Source: Pseudomonadota bacterium (GTDB taxonomy: Bacteria; Bdellovibrionota; Bdellovibrionia; Bdellovibrionales; Bdellovibrionaceae). Taken from it: 60,519 nucleotides of DNA. The first letter of the stretch is position 1, and each line of letters opens with the position of its first letter. The stretch is taken from contig JBEGVH010000019.1 of assembly GCA_041178425.1 (NCBI GenBank), positions 1-60,519 on the forward strand, in the 5' to 3' direction. Positions 1 to 9,267 of the stretch are shown here, one piece after another. The notes under the pieces were generated by a model that saw only the letters and a list, made by a program, of their open reading frames with translations, searched no databases and had not been told where the DNA came from. The position numbers and the translations under genes are program-made.

Positions 1-134
1 TTCGTTTTTCCATTTGTTGCTAAGCATGGGGAGAGGGAATCAATCTAGGGGTTAGTGGGGAAAGGGATGAACGGAGATCGGATGGTTAGGAACGGAATTC
101 GGACTCCGTCCCTAGTTTTTCCAAAATCTCTCAT

Positions 135-590
135 TTAAATAAAGACTTCAGGAGAAACTTTAAACCGTTTTGCAAGAGCTTTGATTTGGCGGATATTTAA
201 ATCACGCTCACCCTTAAGGATTTTTGAAACGATTGGCTGACCACCAACTTCTTTAGCCAAATCTTTTTGTGTCAGTCCTTGTAAATCCATTAAATAAGCA
301 AGCATTTCTCGTCCAGAGACGGGATTTGATTTATAATTTTCTCGCTCATATTCTCCGACAAGTTTTACAAGTGTATTAAGGTATATTTTAATCCCCTCAT
401 CTTCAGTTCCATTATTAACAAAGGAAATTAGTCTTTCAATAACCTTAAGTGCAATGGCGTGCTGATCCTTTGTAACAATTGGTTGAAGCGGAAAGAGTGC
501 TACCAATTTATGGTAAGATTCTTCAACTTGGATTGAGGCAGATTTTACTTCTTTTTTAAGGGTTTCCATTAACTTTTTTGCAATGCTCAT
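135..590 (-). CDS. higA: HigA-family antitoxin (C-terminal XRE HTH)
   Basis: C-terminus LMDLQGLTQKDLAKEVGGQPIVSKILKGERDLNIRQIKALAKRF is a typical HigA HTH. Likely start is ATG 590 (MSIAKK), just after the higB stop. Confidence 0.85.
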   Translation of the reverse strand: MSIAKKLMETLKKEVKSASIQVEESYHKLVALFPLQPIVTKDQHAIALKVIERLISFVNNGTEDEGIKIYLNTLVKLVGEYERENYKSNPVSGREMLAYLMDLQGLTQKDLAKEVGGQPIVSKILKGERDLNIRQIKALAKRFKVSPEVFI

Positions 591-594
591 AAAA

Positions 595-798
595 CTATTC
601 CTTCCACCCATTCTTAACATATTCAGAATGAGTCAAAACATGGGTCACCAATACAACTTTAACTCCATATTCAATCTTTGTAATTGTACGAACTTTATTT
701 CCGCCAACATCAAAGACCGCTCGCTGACCCACAAAATCCACATTGACTCCAAAAAGCTGTTTAACCTCCTGCGGATTTTTAAAATCTGCAGAAGGGCT
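595..798 (-). pseudogene. higB: 5'-truncated HigB mRNA interferase toxin remnant
   Basis: Minus-strand frame reads SPSADFKNPQEVKQLFGVNVDFVGQRAVFDVGGNKVRTITKIEYGVKVVLVTHVLTHSEYVKNGWKE*, with HigB motifs VFDVGGNK and THSEY. An in-frame TAG precedes it and the N-terminus is missing. Confidence 0.8.
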
Positions 799-839
799 CT
801 ACCCGGTTAGTGGTGGAATGCTGGAATAAAAAAGGGGGG

Positions 840-857
840 AAATTGGGGTGACTGACG
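840..857. repeat. att site (distal copy of tRNA-His 3' end)
   Basis: aaattggggtgactgacg versus aaattggggtgaccgacg at 39526-39543. 17/18 identical, with a 13-bp perfect core at 840-852. Confidence 0.88.
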
Positions 858-901
858 CACAGAGGGTAAGTCACTGTTTTTATTAAAGGTCGAAGTCTGT
901 T

Positions 902-919
902 TGTTATCATCTGTCATCA
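902..919. repeat. Putative integrase arm-type sites (TGTTATCA, TGTCATCA)
   Basis: Same octamer and 2-bp spacing as the pair at 39378-39395 at the other ICE end. Confidence 0.7.
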
Positions 920-1034
920 GCCTTCGAAATATCTAGAAATCTCGTTCTGACAACCAGGGTAAATATATCTTAAGGTTCTAATTCAAAATCATCTAACGAC
1001 CACAGACTCTTGCTGGTCAACTCACCGCTTGCAA

Positions 1035-1502
1035 TCACCCATTCGAAACAAAAGAGTAGTCCAAATTTGCTTCTAAATCCAAAGCCGTTTGCTTTTTGGG
1101 AGATGTGAATTCTTTGGTTAGCGTTAAGTTTAAACCATATTGGCTTTTCTCATTCTCAAGAATTGTGTTTATTGCCAAAATTCGAAATGCCTTTTCTTGA
1201 TCAATGGTAAGTCCCGTAAAATCAGCACCCTTATTTTCCCATGATCGTAAAGTAGATGCTGGCACATGAATTTTATTTGAAACCTCATCGAATGACATTT
1301 TTAAAAATGTTCGTAAAAACTTCAACTGATAACCATTAAGTCTTTGCTTGCTGTTCAGCAGAGCTTTGGCTGTACTGAGCTTAACTTCATTCATATTAAT
1401 GTCTGGATATTCTTCCCCATGAACCGATTTAAGAACAACATTTTTAAGAAGAACATCAAATCCAAATCCCTTGAAGGTATAGGTCTCTAAAATTTTATTC
1501 AT
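1035..1502 (-). CDS. HTH antitoxin, MqsA/XRE-like
   Basis: QLKFLRTFLKMSFDEVSNKIHVPASTLRSWE is an XRE HTH. It lies directly downstream of a DUF4258-like gene. Start trimmed to ATG 1502. Confidence 0.7.
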   Translation of the reverse strand: MNKILETYTFKGFGFDVLLKNVVLKSVHGEEYPDINMNEVKLSTAKALLNSKQRLNGYQLKFLRTFLKMSFDEVSNKIHVPASTLRSWENKGADFTGLTIDQEKAFRILAINTILENEKSQYGLNLTLTKEFTSPKKQTALDLEANLDYSFVSNG

Positions 1503-1503
1503 A

Positions 1504-1818
1504 TCAGTCCTCTTTCTTATTCTTATCAATCGCCGTTACGATAATTGCGCTAGGGTCATCAAACATAATAATAATTCTCAAATCCTTATCACCCTCATTA
1601 TTTTTTCCTCGTAAAGCATACTTCCACTCTTTTTTATCATCGGTAAGAGAGTCCTTTTTCTTCTCCAGTTTTGCTCTTGAAATGGCCTCTTCGATATCAC
1701 TCATTTGAATGTCCCGTTTAGCCATTTGTTGCTGAGCGTGGGGAGAGGGAATTAACCTACCAATTAAAGTAGCCCGCCTTACTTCTTCAAGTACGTTAGG
1801 CCTCTTTTTTAACGCCAT
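1504..1818 (-). CDS. DUF4258-like putative RNase toxin (type II TA)
   Basis: SPHAQQQMAKRDI...YALRG...LRIII...IVTAID pattern, paired with an HTH antitoxin. Confidence 0.7.
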   Translation of the reverse strand: MALKKRPNVLEEVRRATLIGRLIPSPHAQQQMAKRDIQMSDIEEAISRAKLEKKKDSLTDDKKEWKYALRGKNNEGDKDLRIIIMFDDPSAIIVTAIDKNKKED

Positions 1819-1830
1819 AGCACCTCTCTT

Positions 1831-1923
1831 AGTATAGCATATTGCTCGTATTTAAGCAATGCAGGCAATATTATCATGTATTTACGATATGTTACAATGT
1901 TTATTTGCTCATTTTCAAGCATT
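1831..1923 (-). promoter_or_regulatory. Putative TA promoter with two palindromic operators
   Basis: TTGCTT-N17-TATACT on minus (1859-1831). Palindrome ATTGCT-N8-AGCAAT at 1841-1860 and a second copy TTGCT-N8-AGCAT at 1905-1922. Confidence 0.5.
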
Positions 1924-1992
1924 ACCTAAGGTTTATTTACCCTGGTCTCATCACTAGAAAACTAACTTCAAAAGCTTATGTAAGGCCGAATC

Positions 1993-3138
1993 CTATTTAC
2001 GGCCCATAAAGTTAATGGAAATTACATTGGATTGATCCATGTCCTGAGGGACCGCATAACCAAGAGCATCGGTCGCCCCCTTTATGTCAACACCTGCCAA
2101 TCTCAAATAAATATCCGTTGTTTCCATTTTCTTATGACCAACAATGGCCATAACTTTTACCAGCGGAACGCCTTGAGCGAGCATGTTTGTAATAAAGGTT
2201 GCACGAAGATCATGGAACTTAATCGATGAAATGCCAATGGCCCCACAGAACTCCCTGAGAACCTTCGCCTGATCACCGTGTGTCCACTCCATCAATCGAG
2301 GCAAAACAAACTCACCGGCATCCTTTCCATTCATCGGTAATGATGATTGAAGTGAATCGCTCGATTTATTTGCTTTGAGTTCCATCAACAAAGACTTTAG
2401 GTCTTTACTTACGGGCACAACACGCCAATCTCCAGTTTTAAGTTCATGGAATCCATCTTTATTGGTCCATTGCTTATTAACCGAAATAATTCCAGCATCT
2501 AAATCAATATCTGACCACTTAAGAGCATACATCTCACCTGACCTCATTCCAGTTTGGAGTGCAAAAGCCCAAACGTAATAAAATCGATGATGGGTGCTCT
2601 TTGCTGATCGAAGTAAAATTTCTACCTCTCTCGCAGTCAAAACCTTCTGCATGGATTGAGGTGTTTTAATGCTGACTCCTTTTGTAGGGTCTCGATTTAA
2701 CAATCCCTCATCCACCGCAGTTTGAAATATTCTTCTAAGCATCTTTAGGATGTTTTTCTGAGAAATACTCCCTAGCTTAATGCTTGATGCGCGAATCACT
2801 TCGTAAACTTCGTCAGTCGTAATCTGATCAATGCTTTTTAGATTCCAAGACTCTGGAATCCATTTCTTCAAATAGCCATCATAATTGGCAACAGTCGAAT
2901 TTTTATATGACAACCGAATTCTTCGCAAAAATTCATTATGCCACTTCTCCCATGTCCAATGAGGCTCTTGATCTGCAATGCGCCTTAAATCAGTTTTATA
3001 CTGAAACTCAATTTCCTTGGCTTCTCTCTCGCTTGTAATTCCACGTTTTCTTTTACTGATAATTTTCTTATTTCGATCCCTATCAGATACAAAAACCTCA
3101 TAAAGCTTTTTATTTTCTTTCATATACATTTTAATCAT
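1993..3138 (-). CDS. int: Tyrosine recombinase/integrase
   Basis: TGMRSGE (R), FHDLRAT (HxxR) and VGHKKMETTDIY (H, Y) catalytic motifs, plus an N-terminal arm-binding-like region. Confidence 0.95.
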   Translation of the reverse strand: MIKMYMKENKKLYEVFVSDRDRNKKIISKRKRGITSEREAKEIEFQYKTDLRRIADQEPHWTWEKWHNEFLRRIRLSYKNSTVANYDGYLKKWIPESWNLKSIDQITTDEVYEVIRASSIKLGSISQKNILKMLRRIFQTAVDEGLLNRDPTKGVSIKTPQSMQKVLTAREVEILLRSAKSTHHRFYYVWAFALQTGMRSGEMYALKWSDIDLDAGIISVNKQWTNKDGFHELKTGDWRVVPVSKDLKSLLMELKANKSSDSLQSSLPMNGKDAGEFVLPRLMEWTHGDQAKVLREFCGAIGISSIKFHDLRATFITNMLAQGVPLVKVMAIVGHKKMETTDIYLRLAGVDIKGATDALGYAVPQDMDQSNVISINFMGRK

Positions 3139-3371
3139 TTAGCTACTCCTTCTTTTAAAAAGAGTGACTTAAGATCGGTTATATGAAATCTCAATCTGCG
3201 TCCTAACTTAGAAAACTTCACTTGCCTTCGATATACCATGATTCGAAGAGCATTTTCAGAGATTCCCAAATAACACGCAGCTTGAGCAGATGATAACCAC
3301 TCACAGACTATTCGATTTTCAAAGAGCGGAGCCACCGATTTACCGGTGGCCGACAAAAACAATTTCTCCAT
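3135..3371 (-). CDS. xis: Excisionase-like HTH DNA-binding protein
   Basis: WLSSAQAACYLGISENALRIMVYRRQVKFSKLGRRLRF is HTH_17-like. It overlaps the int start by 4 bp. Confidence 0.75.
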   Translation of the reverse strand: MEKLFLSATGKSVAPLFENRIVCEWLSSAQAACYLGISENALRIMVYRRQVKFSKLGRRLRFHITDLKSLFLKEGVAK

Positions 3372-3385
3372 TTTTTCCTCTCAAA

Positions 3386-3955
3386 TCAAGGTCTTTCTTG
3401 TTCATGAAATTTTGCAAGTTCTCCGGATTTTTTGTCTGATTGGCGAATCTCTAGATCGGTCGAATTTAGCCCCTTAAAAGAATCCGGATTGGAGTTAAGT
3501 TGTTTAAGAGCAGAGCCAGTATCGGGGCCTAACTTCAGCTTTATTTTTCGTCTGGGAGCCTTTACAGGAGCTGTTTCCAAATTAATGCTTGGTGTCTGAA
3601 TTATTTTTAAAATTTCCTCAAACTCAATTTCTTTGCCGCTCTGTTTTGCCTTAATTGCCTCAGAAGTTGCACGCTTTAGGACTCTGACAATGTCAAATTT
3701 TTCAACGCGAATCAGATCAATCTCTTGTTCACTCAGGTTCTTCGATCGTTTCTGCAAAAGAAAATTCACAAGATCTTTTTGCGAAACATGAACCAAATCT
3801 CCCCAGCGTTTTTCAATTTGATTCATCATTGACTCTACAATTTTAATCGATTCAGAATCCAAAACAACTCTGTCTACTTTTTGAAATTCCATTTTCGTAT
3901 TTGGCTTATGCTCGCCATTGAAACTTGATTCATCTATTTTATTTACTGACTCCAC
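3386..3955 (-). CDS. Hypothetical ICE protein
   Basis: ORF within the transfer operon. The GTG at 3955 has an AAGGA RBS. No recognisable motif. Confidence 0.65.
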   Translation of the reverse strand: MESVNKIDESSFNGEHKPNTKMEFQKVDRVVLDSESIKIVESMMNQIEKRWGDLVHVSQKDLVNFLLQKRSKNLSEQEIDLIRVEKFDIVRVLKRATSEAIKAKQSGKEIEFEEILKIIQTPSINLETAPVKAPRRKIKLKLGPDTGSALKQLNSNPDSFKGLNSTDLEIRQSDKKSGELAKFHEQERP

Positions 3956-4176
3956 GTTGTAGTCCTTTCTAAGACCCACATCCAATGGCCTTCGATAAAT
4001 TTGTCACCTTCAATTTTTTCAGGAACCCAAACCTTGCGAACCTTCGGAGAAGTTAATGCTGGGGATTTGTTCTCGCTCATATGAGACGAGTAAGTGTCAC
4101 TTCCATTTTTCTTCTTTACTGAAGTACATGAACTCAATACAGACATGGCTAATATCGCCACAAATGCTCTTTTCAA
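3943..4176 (-). CDS. TraV/VirB7-like lipoprotein
   Basis: Lipobox VLSSC. C-terminus PKVRKVWVPEKIEGDKFIEGHWMWV...W resembles TraV. TTG start with GAGGTG RBS. Confidence 0.65.
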   Translation of the reverse strand: MKRAFVAILAMSVLSSCTSVKKKNGSDTYSSHMSENKSPALTSPKVRKVWVPEKIEGDKFIEGHWMWVLERTTTWSQ

Positions 4177-4198
4177 AATACACCTCTTAATTTCAGAC

Positions 4199-5086
4199 TT
4201 AATACTGTCTACTGAGGCCAAGATCGATTTTAGTTTTTCGATCAGGACTTATTGGAATCATTGGCTTTTTCCTGACGTCCAAGAGAACTTTTGCGGAACC
4301 TGGGTTCCGACAGAGTTCCTTCGATGTGCCGAGTAACTCATTCAAGGTTTTACCTTGATTTTTGCCAACAAGGATTTGGCTTTGCCATTGATGCTCAATG
4401 TATTGGTTGAGAGTTATGAAGCTCTGCTCAACGGCACCTGAGGATGAACCATTTCTAATGTGTCGATGGATATAGCCGATATCTCCTTCTGATCTGACTA
4501 CCCAAATAACTTGATTGATACTTATCATGTTCGAGTAGAAATCTCCAATTTCAATGTAGGCCATCGGGGTCTTTTTGGATAATTCTACTTCCAGAGCAAT
4601 CAATCCCTCGGAGTTTGGTTTCTTCACATCTATCTTCCAATAGCCATCGGGGCGATGCTGTTTGGTCTGTGGAACCCAGTCAGGGTAGTTATCCAATCCT
4701 GATCGACGTAGCTCTTGTTCAGTGAAGTTGGCACAGCTCTCTGGGTATTTTGCGAGCCATTCTCCGAGGTGAATCGCTGACACCCAAAAGTCATGGTCCT
4801 TATTTTCAGATCGAAAGCCAGCTTGTTCCTCCAAAGGCAAGTGATCCTTAATGACTGCATAACCACTCTTTCCTAGGTGCCAAACGACTGACTTGCGGTC
4901 CCACGATGCCGTGGAAACAATAAGGTCATTTTCCTCAAGCAAGAGTAAACGGCGGTAGCAACGATATGCTGACCGTTCCGGAAAAATTGCCAGATGAAGC
5001 GCGCTGGTGGTTAATAGCTTCCAACGCCATAGCAACATCAAGCATTTTTGGTCCTGGTCGGTGACGGCTATTTTAATCTTCTTCAT
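4199..5086 (-). CDS. Replication-relaxation (Replic_Relax-like) protein, candidate relaxase
   Basis: N-terminal wHTH-like segment, then DHD and a RPDG...LEVELSKK PD-(D/E)xK-type motif. It follows the FtsK gene. Confidence 0.65.
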   Translation of the reverse strand: MKKIKIAVTDQDQKCLMLLWRWKLLTTSALHLAIFPERSAYRCYRRLLLLEENDLIVSTASWDRKSVVWHLGKSGYAVIKDHLPLEEQAGFRSENKDHDFWVSAIHLGEWLAKYPESCANFTEQELRRSGLDNYPDWVPQTKQHRPDGYWKIDVKKPNSEGLIALEVELSKKTPMAYIEIGDFYSNMISINQVIWVVRSEGDIGYIHRHIRNGSSSGAVEQSFITLNQYIEHQWQSQILVGKNQGKTLNELLGTSKELCRNPGSAKVLLDVRKKPMIPISPDRKTKIDLGLSRQY

Positions 5087-6500
5087 TCGTTACTTCTCGC
5101 TGGAGGGAAACTTTATCCAACTCTGATTTGGTTTGTTCGGGACTCATAAAGGGTGTTTGGACCTCATACTGATCAAGGCCGGATTTCCAAATGGCTCGGC
5201 CTGGTATTGCCGGTAGCTCTTTGGCTCTGCCATTACCGAGAATAGAAAAGCTCGCCCCCAAAGTCGCCATCGGAAATGAAATTATCCCAGTGAGGTTTGC
5301 TTTGATTTGCGAACTGATCGCCTTTGCATCTGGTTTCTGCGTAGCAATGATTAAATGAATTCCTACCGCGCGCCCTTGAGCAGCAATGCGAATGGCCTTT
5401 CTGTTAAGCTCTTGAATTTGACTGAGGTTTGATTTTCCATTTGCCAAAAACAGTTCGGCGGCTTCGTCTATGACCAAAATATGTCTGTTGACCTTAACCT
5501 TATCTGCCACCACATTGTTTGGAAATTTCAGAGCCTCTGATGGCTTTCTTTGAAACTCCTCAATATCTTTGCATTGGTTTAACTTCAACAATTCGAATCG
5601 CTCCGATAGAAGCTCATCAAGTCGATTAAACAACCCCGATGCATCAGTGGCTTTTGAATAGACCTTAAATCTATCTCGGTTCTCAAAGAGTTGAAATTCC
5701 AGACCACCTTTCATATCAATCAGTGAGAATTGATAATCTCTGTTGTTGCAGTATAGAGTCGTAATAAGCTGTCGCAAGAAGGTTGATTTACCTCCACCTG
5801 TTTGGCCCCCAATTAAAAGGTGTGGTGTTTCAATGAGACTGCTATGGATTGGCCTGGCCCTTGTTTGCCCAACCAAGAACTGTGCCGGATCAAGTGAATT
5901 GAATCCCTTATTCTCTACCATTTTGGAAATTTCAAAATGTGAATAGAGTATATCAATCGTGCCATTGGGTTTATCCTCCGAAATTTCATCAATAAACACT
6001 TGAAGGGAGCTTTCGAGCTTATCCTTCGCCTCGTCGAATTTGCCTTTTGCCATAAAAGCATTGGTTAAACGCATACGACGAACCAATTCATCGACAGGCT
6101 TATCAAAGATAAACTTTGGTAAACGCCCCATGGGACTTTTTAAACCGCACTCCTGGAAGACATCAGTCAGCCTGGCTACCATTTTTGATTTGCGCTGGGT
6201 CTGGATCACTCCCCATAACCAGAATCCCACTAAAGCACCCGTAATATTATAGACCGCAAACAGAATGGCACTCCTGGGATAGAGCCACCCCATATTCAGC
6301 CAATGAAAGATTCTTTGATCCCATTTACTCAAGACTAGATAATTGAAAAAGATCCCCCAGGCGATCAACGGCCCAAGGGGGATGGTTTCCTTTCTGATCC
6401 CATAGACCACTTCAATCAACGGCTGGGAAATTCCAAAAACGATCTTTTGGATCAATTTACCAACATCGATGTGGGAATTCCTATTTTGAGTTTGATTCAA
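5073..6500 (-). CDS. FtsK/SpoIIIE-domain coupling ATPase (TcpA-like)
   Basis: Two N-terminal TM segments, PHLLIGGQTGGGKS, LVIDEAAEL and GRAVGIHLIIATQKP. TTG 6500 has an AAGGAG RBS; ATG 6524 is an alternative start. Confidence 0.9.
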   Translation of the reverse strand: MNQTQNRNSHIDVGKLIQKIVFGISQPLIEVVYGIRKETIPLGPLIAWGIFFNYLVLSKWDQRIFHWLNMGWLYPRSAILFAVYNITGALVGFWLWGVIQTQRKSKMVARLTDVFQECGLKSPMGRLPKFIFDKPVDELVRRMRLTNAFMAKGKFDEAKDKLESSLQVFIDEISEDKPNGTIDILYSHFEISKMVENKGFNSLDPAQFLVGQTRARPIHSSLIETPHLLIGGQTGGGKSTFLRQLITTLYCNNRDYQFSLIDMKGGLEFQLFENRDRFKVYSKATDASGLFNRLDELLSERFELLKLNQCKDIEEFQRKPSEALKFPNNVVADKVKVNRHILVIDEAAELFLANGKSNLSQIQELNRKAIRIAAQGRAVGIHLIIATQKPDAKAISSQIKANLTGIISFPMATLGASFSILGNGRAKELPAIPGRAIWKSGLDQYEVQTPFMSPEQTKSELDKVSLQREVTNEED

Positions 6501-6501
6501 T

Positions 6502-7392
6502 TTAATCTCCTTGGAAAAGGACATAGAATTCTTTGCCGCTCTCAACCTGAATGACTGACTTCTTATTTTTGACGTCATTTAGTATATGTTGTGATTGATC
6601 GAGAGCCGCTTTTGATGCTCCATTGAGTGCTGCATTTTTTAAATCATTCTTCTTAACGGCAACGCCATTTTGGACCTGGGCCTCCTGCAAACCCTCAGTA
6701 AGACCGCCCACAAAGTTGAGGCCAGCACCTGCGGCAAGCAGATAGGCATACTTGCTGATTTTCTTACCTCGAATGCCAACGGTTTGATCTTCGACATCGC
6801 ACCCCTGGGCCTCGATATTTTGGGATTTTCCATCATTGAATACTAATTTCGAAAATTGCACCGTCAGCCTATCTTCTCCAGAACTGCCACTTCCAACTAA
6901 AACTGTACCCTCTGGAACAATAGCATCGCCACTTACAACCAAAGGTTCAACTAGCGTTGCCTTCAGAGGGCCATTCGATGCTCCAGTGATAAACCGAGCT
7001 TTGACCATCGTGCCGGGCGGAATTTTGCCCAATAAGGGGCGTTGAATTACTTGCAGTCCTGTGTAAGTTCGGGCGGATGATGCTCTTTTAAATTCCGGAC
7101 TTGGCTTTCTCCATTCCGTGTCTCCGCGCGGAATTTCAATCTGTGGAGATGAATTCAATTGGCCATTAAAGCCAATGGGTTCACCTTGAATGGTTCCTGA
7201 TGATGGGTTGGAAAATTCCGATACAATCGAGTAACCAACTCCCAAGATCATCAGAGCTCCAAATATTCCAGCAGCAACTTTTCCATTTAAACTTCTTTTT
7301 GGGCCTTCTTGTCTGTACATGAGATCTGATAAACCCCATCTGTTCTTGTGGCCATTGTCTTTGGCAATAGTCACAGTCGCTTTTTCACTCAT
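6502..7392 (-). CDS. VirB10/TrbI-like T4SS core protein
   Basis: Single TM plus IPPGTMVKA...IVPEGTVLVG...RLTVQFSKL beta-barrel motifs. Confidence 0.8.
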   Translation of the reverse strand: MSEKATVTIAKDNGHKNRWGLSDLMYRQEGPKRSLNGKVAAGIFGALMILGVGYSIVSEFSNPSSGTIQGEPIGFNGQLNSSPQIEIPRGDTEWRKPSPEFKRASSARTYTGLQVIQRPLLGKIPPGTMVKARFITGASNGPLKATLVEPLVVSGDAIVPEGTVLVGSGSSGEDRLTVQFSKLVFNDGKSQNIEAQGCDVEDQTVGIRGKKISKYAYLLAAGAGLNFVGGLTEGLQEAQVQNGVAVKKNDLKNAALNGASKAALDQSQHILNDVKNKKSVIQVESGKEFYVLFQGD

Positions 7393-7784
7393 TCAAAAGG
7401 GACCTTGATTTTCGCGTCTTCAGGATCACGAACTTGCACCAAGTTATCAAATCTTGATCCTGAAGTGAGCAAGTGAAAGCCACACCGACGCCCGAGAAGA
7501 TATACAAACAAATTTGTGTTGGCCGTTGAAGATAGTGCCGTTAATGCTAAGTCATTTTTAATGTATTCGATAGCGAACTGTCTTGGTCCACCTAAGACGA
7601 CATTGTCCGGTTTCACTGGAAAGTTGATGATCGTTCCAAAATTCGGCCTAACAATTACATCAATCATTTTCGACTCATCACACTTGACGATTCTCAACGA
7701 CGATTTTGCCTGCGCATGAAAAACGAATCCGCATACCAAAAATGCTGAGGCTGAGTGAAGGAACAACACTTTTAAATATTTCAC
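7389..7784 (-). CDS. VirB9/TrbG N-terminal-like T4SS protein
   Basis: Signal peptide, GTIINFP and TNLFVY motifs, position between VirB8- and VirB10-like genes. Confidence 0.65.
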   Translation of the reverse strand: MKYLKVLFLHSASAFLVCGFVFHAQAKSSLRIVKCDESKMIDVIVRPNFGTIINFPVKPDNVVLGGPRQFAIEYIKNDLALTALSSTANTNLFVYLLGRRCGFHLLTSGSRFDNLVQVRDPEDAKIKVPFE

Positions 7785-8332
7785 TTTGCCTCCTTGGCAT
7801 TTTTTGGTTCTTCAATGTGTTTAGTCGAAGCAATCAGTAAGCCATAAGGGTTAGATAGAGATCGGGGCTTTGACTCAAGCTGCACTTCGAGCTGAAATCG
7901 AAAAGCCGAACGTAGATCATTGACGGCAATGATTCGATCTCCATCAACCATAAATGTACCATCTGCATTTTGAGTCACTGTATTAACAACCACTTTTTGC
8001 TTTATTTTGCGTGATCCGAATTCCTTATGCTCCGTCTGTCGTAGTCTCATCTCTTCAAAAGAAATCATGCCGTCAACCGGTTGGACATTAGAATCAAACC
8101 TTTGCGATAAAGCCAGGGCAAGGAAGGCTTCGATTTCAGCCTTCGAATGTCCCTCTTTGGCTGGGGTCAACAATTTAGAGAAGCATCCACGCTCAATGAT
8201 TGTGGCTTCTTTAAAAGTCAGCTTGAGAGTAGTCATCCCAAGTACCAAGGTGAGGACGCCTAAGACTGTAATTGTCAGTTTCAAGATTGAATTTTGAGAA
8301 GCAATAGAGGCCCAAGCTTCTGTATATTTCAT
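7781..8332 (-). CDS. VirB8-like T4SS protein
   Basis: Single N-terminal TM and C-terminal RSLSNPYGLLI (NPxG motif). Confidence 0.75.
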   Translation of the reverse strand: MKYTEAWASIASQNSILKLTITVLGVLTLVLGMTTLKLTFKEATIIERGCFSKLLTPAKEGHSKAEIEAFLALALSQRFDSNVQPVDGMISFEEMRLRQTEHKEFGSRKIKQKVVVNTVTQNADGTFMVDGDRIIAVNDLRSAFRFQLEVQLESKPRSLSNPYGLLIASTKHIEEPKNAKEAK

Positions 8333-8344
8333 GTTTATTTTCTC

Positions 8345-9253
8345 CTACGCTTTAAATTCTTTTTTGTACTTCGAACTGTTGGATTGGCTTTTGTTACTGA
8401 AAAATGTGCCCTTGTTTCTCATAAAATAGTGGCTGCTTTGATTAGCGGCCGGTGCTGCGACCCGCTTTACTATGTTCATTGTTCGACCTGGGGAAATGGT
8501 CATTCCACCAATGGTGAGAGCACTCAGATCTTTACCCATTTGCGCTAAACCACTCCCGGCCAGGGCATGGACCACAAAAGGAGTCAGTAACAGAGAGCCT
8601 GCCAAAATGACGTTAAAGGCAATGGCTGTTAAAAAACTCACTTGTGAACCTTGGGCATTGATCTGACTGAGAGCACTACTCCAAAGCAAGGTGGCTATAA
8701 CCGACCACACAATTTTCCACGCTGCCACTTCGATCAATGATTTGAAAAGAGCCGATGTCGCAGAAGCTGTCGCCGGAAGCACAAAAAGTGCGATCAGTAG
8801 CGGCGAAAATACATACAGCATCACCCAAACATAAATATAAAAACTGTCAGCAATGTGAATGGAAAAATATAAAATAAAAAACGTGAGGAAGCTTATTAGA
8901 AGCATCACTGTTTCTTTAAAACTCACCCATGAAAAAGACAATTCACCGAGCTTATCTCCCATTCGATCGAGGATCAGTTTAAAATTGTTTAAATCACCAA
9001 GCTGGCCAGCCACCGCATCAGTCACATCTGCAATGATATTTGTGATGTCAGGATAGGCGTGAAGCAGGATGGCTGCTATCAGTGCTCTACCAACGATGGT
9101 TCCAAAATTCGGTATCTGACCAATGGGCCACTTAAAGAACTCGATGGTCACACCAAGGAGCATTAGAACCGTCACTAAAAGGTAAAAATAACCTGTGAAA
9201 ACCTCATGGATTTTCTTGGCCTCCATGGCAAGCCAACCAATATCTGCTACCAT
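8345..9253 (-). CDS. VirB6/TrbL-like polytopic membrane protein
   Basis: Several TM helices, FSPLLIALFVLP motif, operon position. Confidence 0.7.
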   Translation of the reverse strand: MVADIGWLAMEAKKIHEVFTGYFYLLVTVLMLLGVTIEFFKWPIGQIPNFGTIVGRALIAAILLHAYPDITNIIADVTDAVAGQLGDLNNFKLILDRMGDKLGELSFSWVSFKETVMLLISFLTFFILYFSIHIADSFYIYVWVMLYVFSPLLIALFVLPATASATSALFKSLIEVAAWKIVWSVIATLLWSSALSQINAQGSQVSFLTAIAFNVILAGSLLLTPFVVHALAGSGLAQMGKDLSALTIGGMTISPGRTMNIVKRVAAPAANQSSHYFMRNKGTFFSNKSQSNSSKYKKEFKA

Positions 9254-9267
9254 ACCCAGATCTCCTC

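Noticed and set aside
583..810. 75-aa plus-strand ORF
   Set aside because: It is the antisense shadow of the higB remnant, which has clear motifs on the minus strand.
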